A stretch of 64,000 bases of DNA from a virus (Duplodnaviria; Caudoviricetes), in IMG/VR virus record IMGVR_UViG_3300031994_000053, positions 25,879 to 89,878 of that record. One strand, written 5' to 3'. The translations under genes were made by a program, and so were the position numbers. How positions within the stretch are numbered: position 1 is the first letter of the stretch; every line of letters starts with the position of its first letter. Positions 63,059 to 64,000 of this stretch are shown piece after piece. The notes beneath the pieces are model-generated. The model was given only the letters and a program-made list of their open reading frames with translations. It did not search any database and was not told the DNA's origin.

Positions 63059-64000
63059 TCACATTGGGGTGCGCTCCCCGCGGGGGCGGACGGCCCAGTT
63101 TGCGGGCACTGTGTCCCCGTCCCTTTCGGAGGGCGCCATGGCCTCTATCTCCGCGGCCAGGGACGCGGGGCATATGAACACTCCCGGGCCCGACACATTG
63201 TCGAACCAGATGCTTGTTGGGGCATTGTCAGGGTCGCCATCCCAGGCAAATGTCTCGAACCCCACTGATACGCGGGACAACCGTGTACAGCTGTCGAACA
63301 TTCCTTGATAGCACCCCTCCGCAAGCTCCTTGGCGGGAAGGTACGGGGCCGATACCAAATTGTCACAATACGCGAACATATTTGCGTAGCAATACTCAAT
63401 TACGTTCGTGGCCGGCAGGTCCGGTGCGCGCACCAGCCCCCAGAAGCTATTAAACATGTCGCCGAGGATTTGAGACGGCAACAGGTGACGAATGGGTTTC
63501 TCGCCGTCAAGTAGGCTCATTACGCTGCCGTAGGCCGCAAACCGGCCCTGCCCGTTCTCGTTTTGAAAATAGACGTTAGTATCGAACCTTGGATTTCCGC
63601 CCGGACCGGCCTTAAACCATACCGAATCTCCCGCACGTGGCATCGTAAATGTCTTATCGTCCAGTTCCTCCCAGTCCACCCGGTTGGTGGACCAGTAGAC
63701 GCCACCATCAAGATTTGCACTGTCGTAGTCGACATTGAACGAAGCCCCGTCGTCCAGGGCCATGAGGGAAAGAACCCAGTCGTCACCCATGTCCTCAAGC
63801 GCGGCGATACGGGATTCAAGTCCCGCTATAATGCGGTCCATGCCGGCGGCACCCACGCCGCTGTCCCGCAGGCCCCCGTTCCCGTCAAGCTCCACGAAAT
63901 TCCCGGCCGGGCCCGGCACCGAAGGGTACGACCCCGTCGGCCCCCGCGGGCCGGTGGGGCCGACGGGGCCGGGGGGGCCGTGGAGCGCGTTGACGAAGAC
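63059..64000 (-). CDS. Fibre-like protein, 5'-truncated: collagen repeats plus C-terminal BspA/DUF285-like leucine-rich repeats
   Basis: Frame is open to the window edge ([16 protein letters not shown]); LVRAPDLPAT...CYANMFAYCDNLVSAPYLPAKELAEGCYQGMFDSCTRL. Confidence 0.8.
   Translation of the reverse strand, partial: VFVNALHGPPGPVGPTGPRGPTGSYPSVPGPAGNFVELDGNGGLRDSGVGAAGMDRIIAGLESRIAALEDMGDDWVLSLMALDDGASFNVDYDSANLDGGVYWSTNRVDWEELDDKTFTMPRAGDSVWFKAGPGGNPRFDTNVYFQNENGQGRFAAYGSVMSLLDGEKPIRHLLPSQILGDMFNSFWGLVRAPDLPATNVIEYCYANMFAYCDNLVSAPYLPAKELAEGCYQGMFDSCTRLSRVSVGFETFAWDGDPDNAPTSIWFDNVSGPGVFICPASLAAEIEAMAPSERDGDTVPANWAVRPRGERTPM

Noticed and set aside
1-64000. Stop-codon reassignment (code 15 or code 4)
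   Set aside because: Core genes are intact in code 11, and TAG, TGA and TAA all end genes at tight junctions. The single in-frame TAA at 15440 is a local case.
63059-64000. Diversity-generating retroelement acting on the LRR fibre
   Set aside because: No reverse transcriptase and no template/variable repeat pair visible in this window; cannot be excluded outside it.

Overview
A 64-kb internal segment of a GC-rich tailed dsDNA phage (or prophage) genome, probably podovirus-like; both ends fall inside genes. The + strand arm (1-14236) holds small unknown ORFs, a PolA DNA polymerase, an N6-adenine methyltransferase and an AEP primase-SF3 helicase. After a terminator and a leaderless sigma70-type promoter it continues with a RuvC-like resolvase, probable TerS, HU-like protein, GroES, two putative immune-signal sponge proteins (gp49/gp66-like and DUF2829/Tad2-like), a GT25-GT2-TPR glycosyltransferase and a DUF3310 protein. 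The convergent - strand arm (64000 to 14174) is the virion module: LRR/collagen fibre (truncated), collagen fibre, TerL with a class 3 LAGLIDADG intein starting with Glu, tail-like repeat proteins, portal, scaffold, major capsid protein with a Thr-rich extension, adaptor and four lower-GC ejection-protein candidates. The highlight is a 6615-aa protein carrying motifs of a single-chain two-barrel RNA polymerase (YDG, K..K, SYKIG, RTP, GCDHDGD), a low-GC NADAR domain inserted next to the first barrel, and an HEYFH zincin domain. It is separated by a single in-frame TAA from a GH24 lysozyme-LysM gene, and the two ORFs appear to share halves of one split domain. All family assignments are by eye from motifs; no searches were run, and GC statements are visual estimates.
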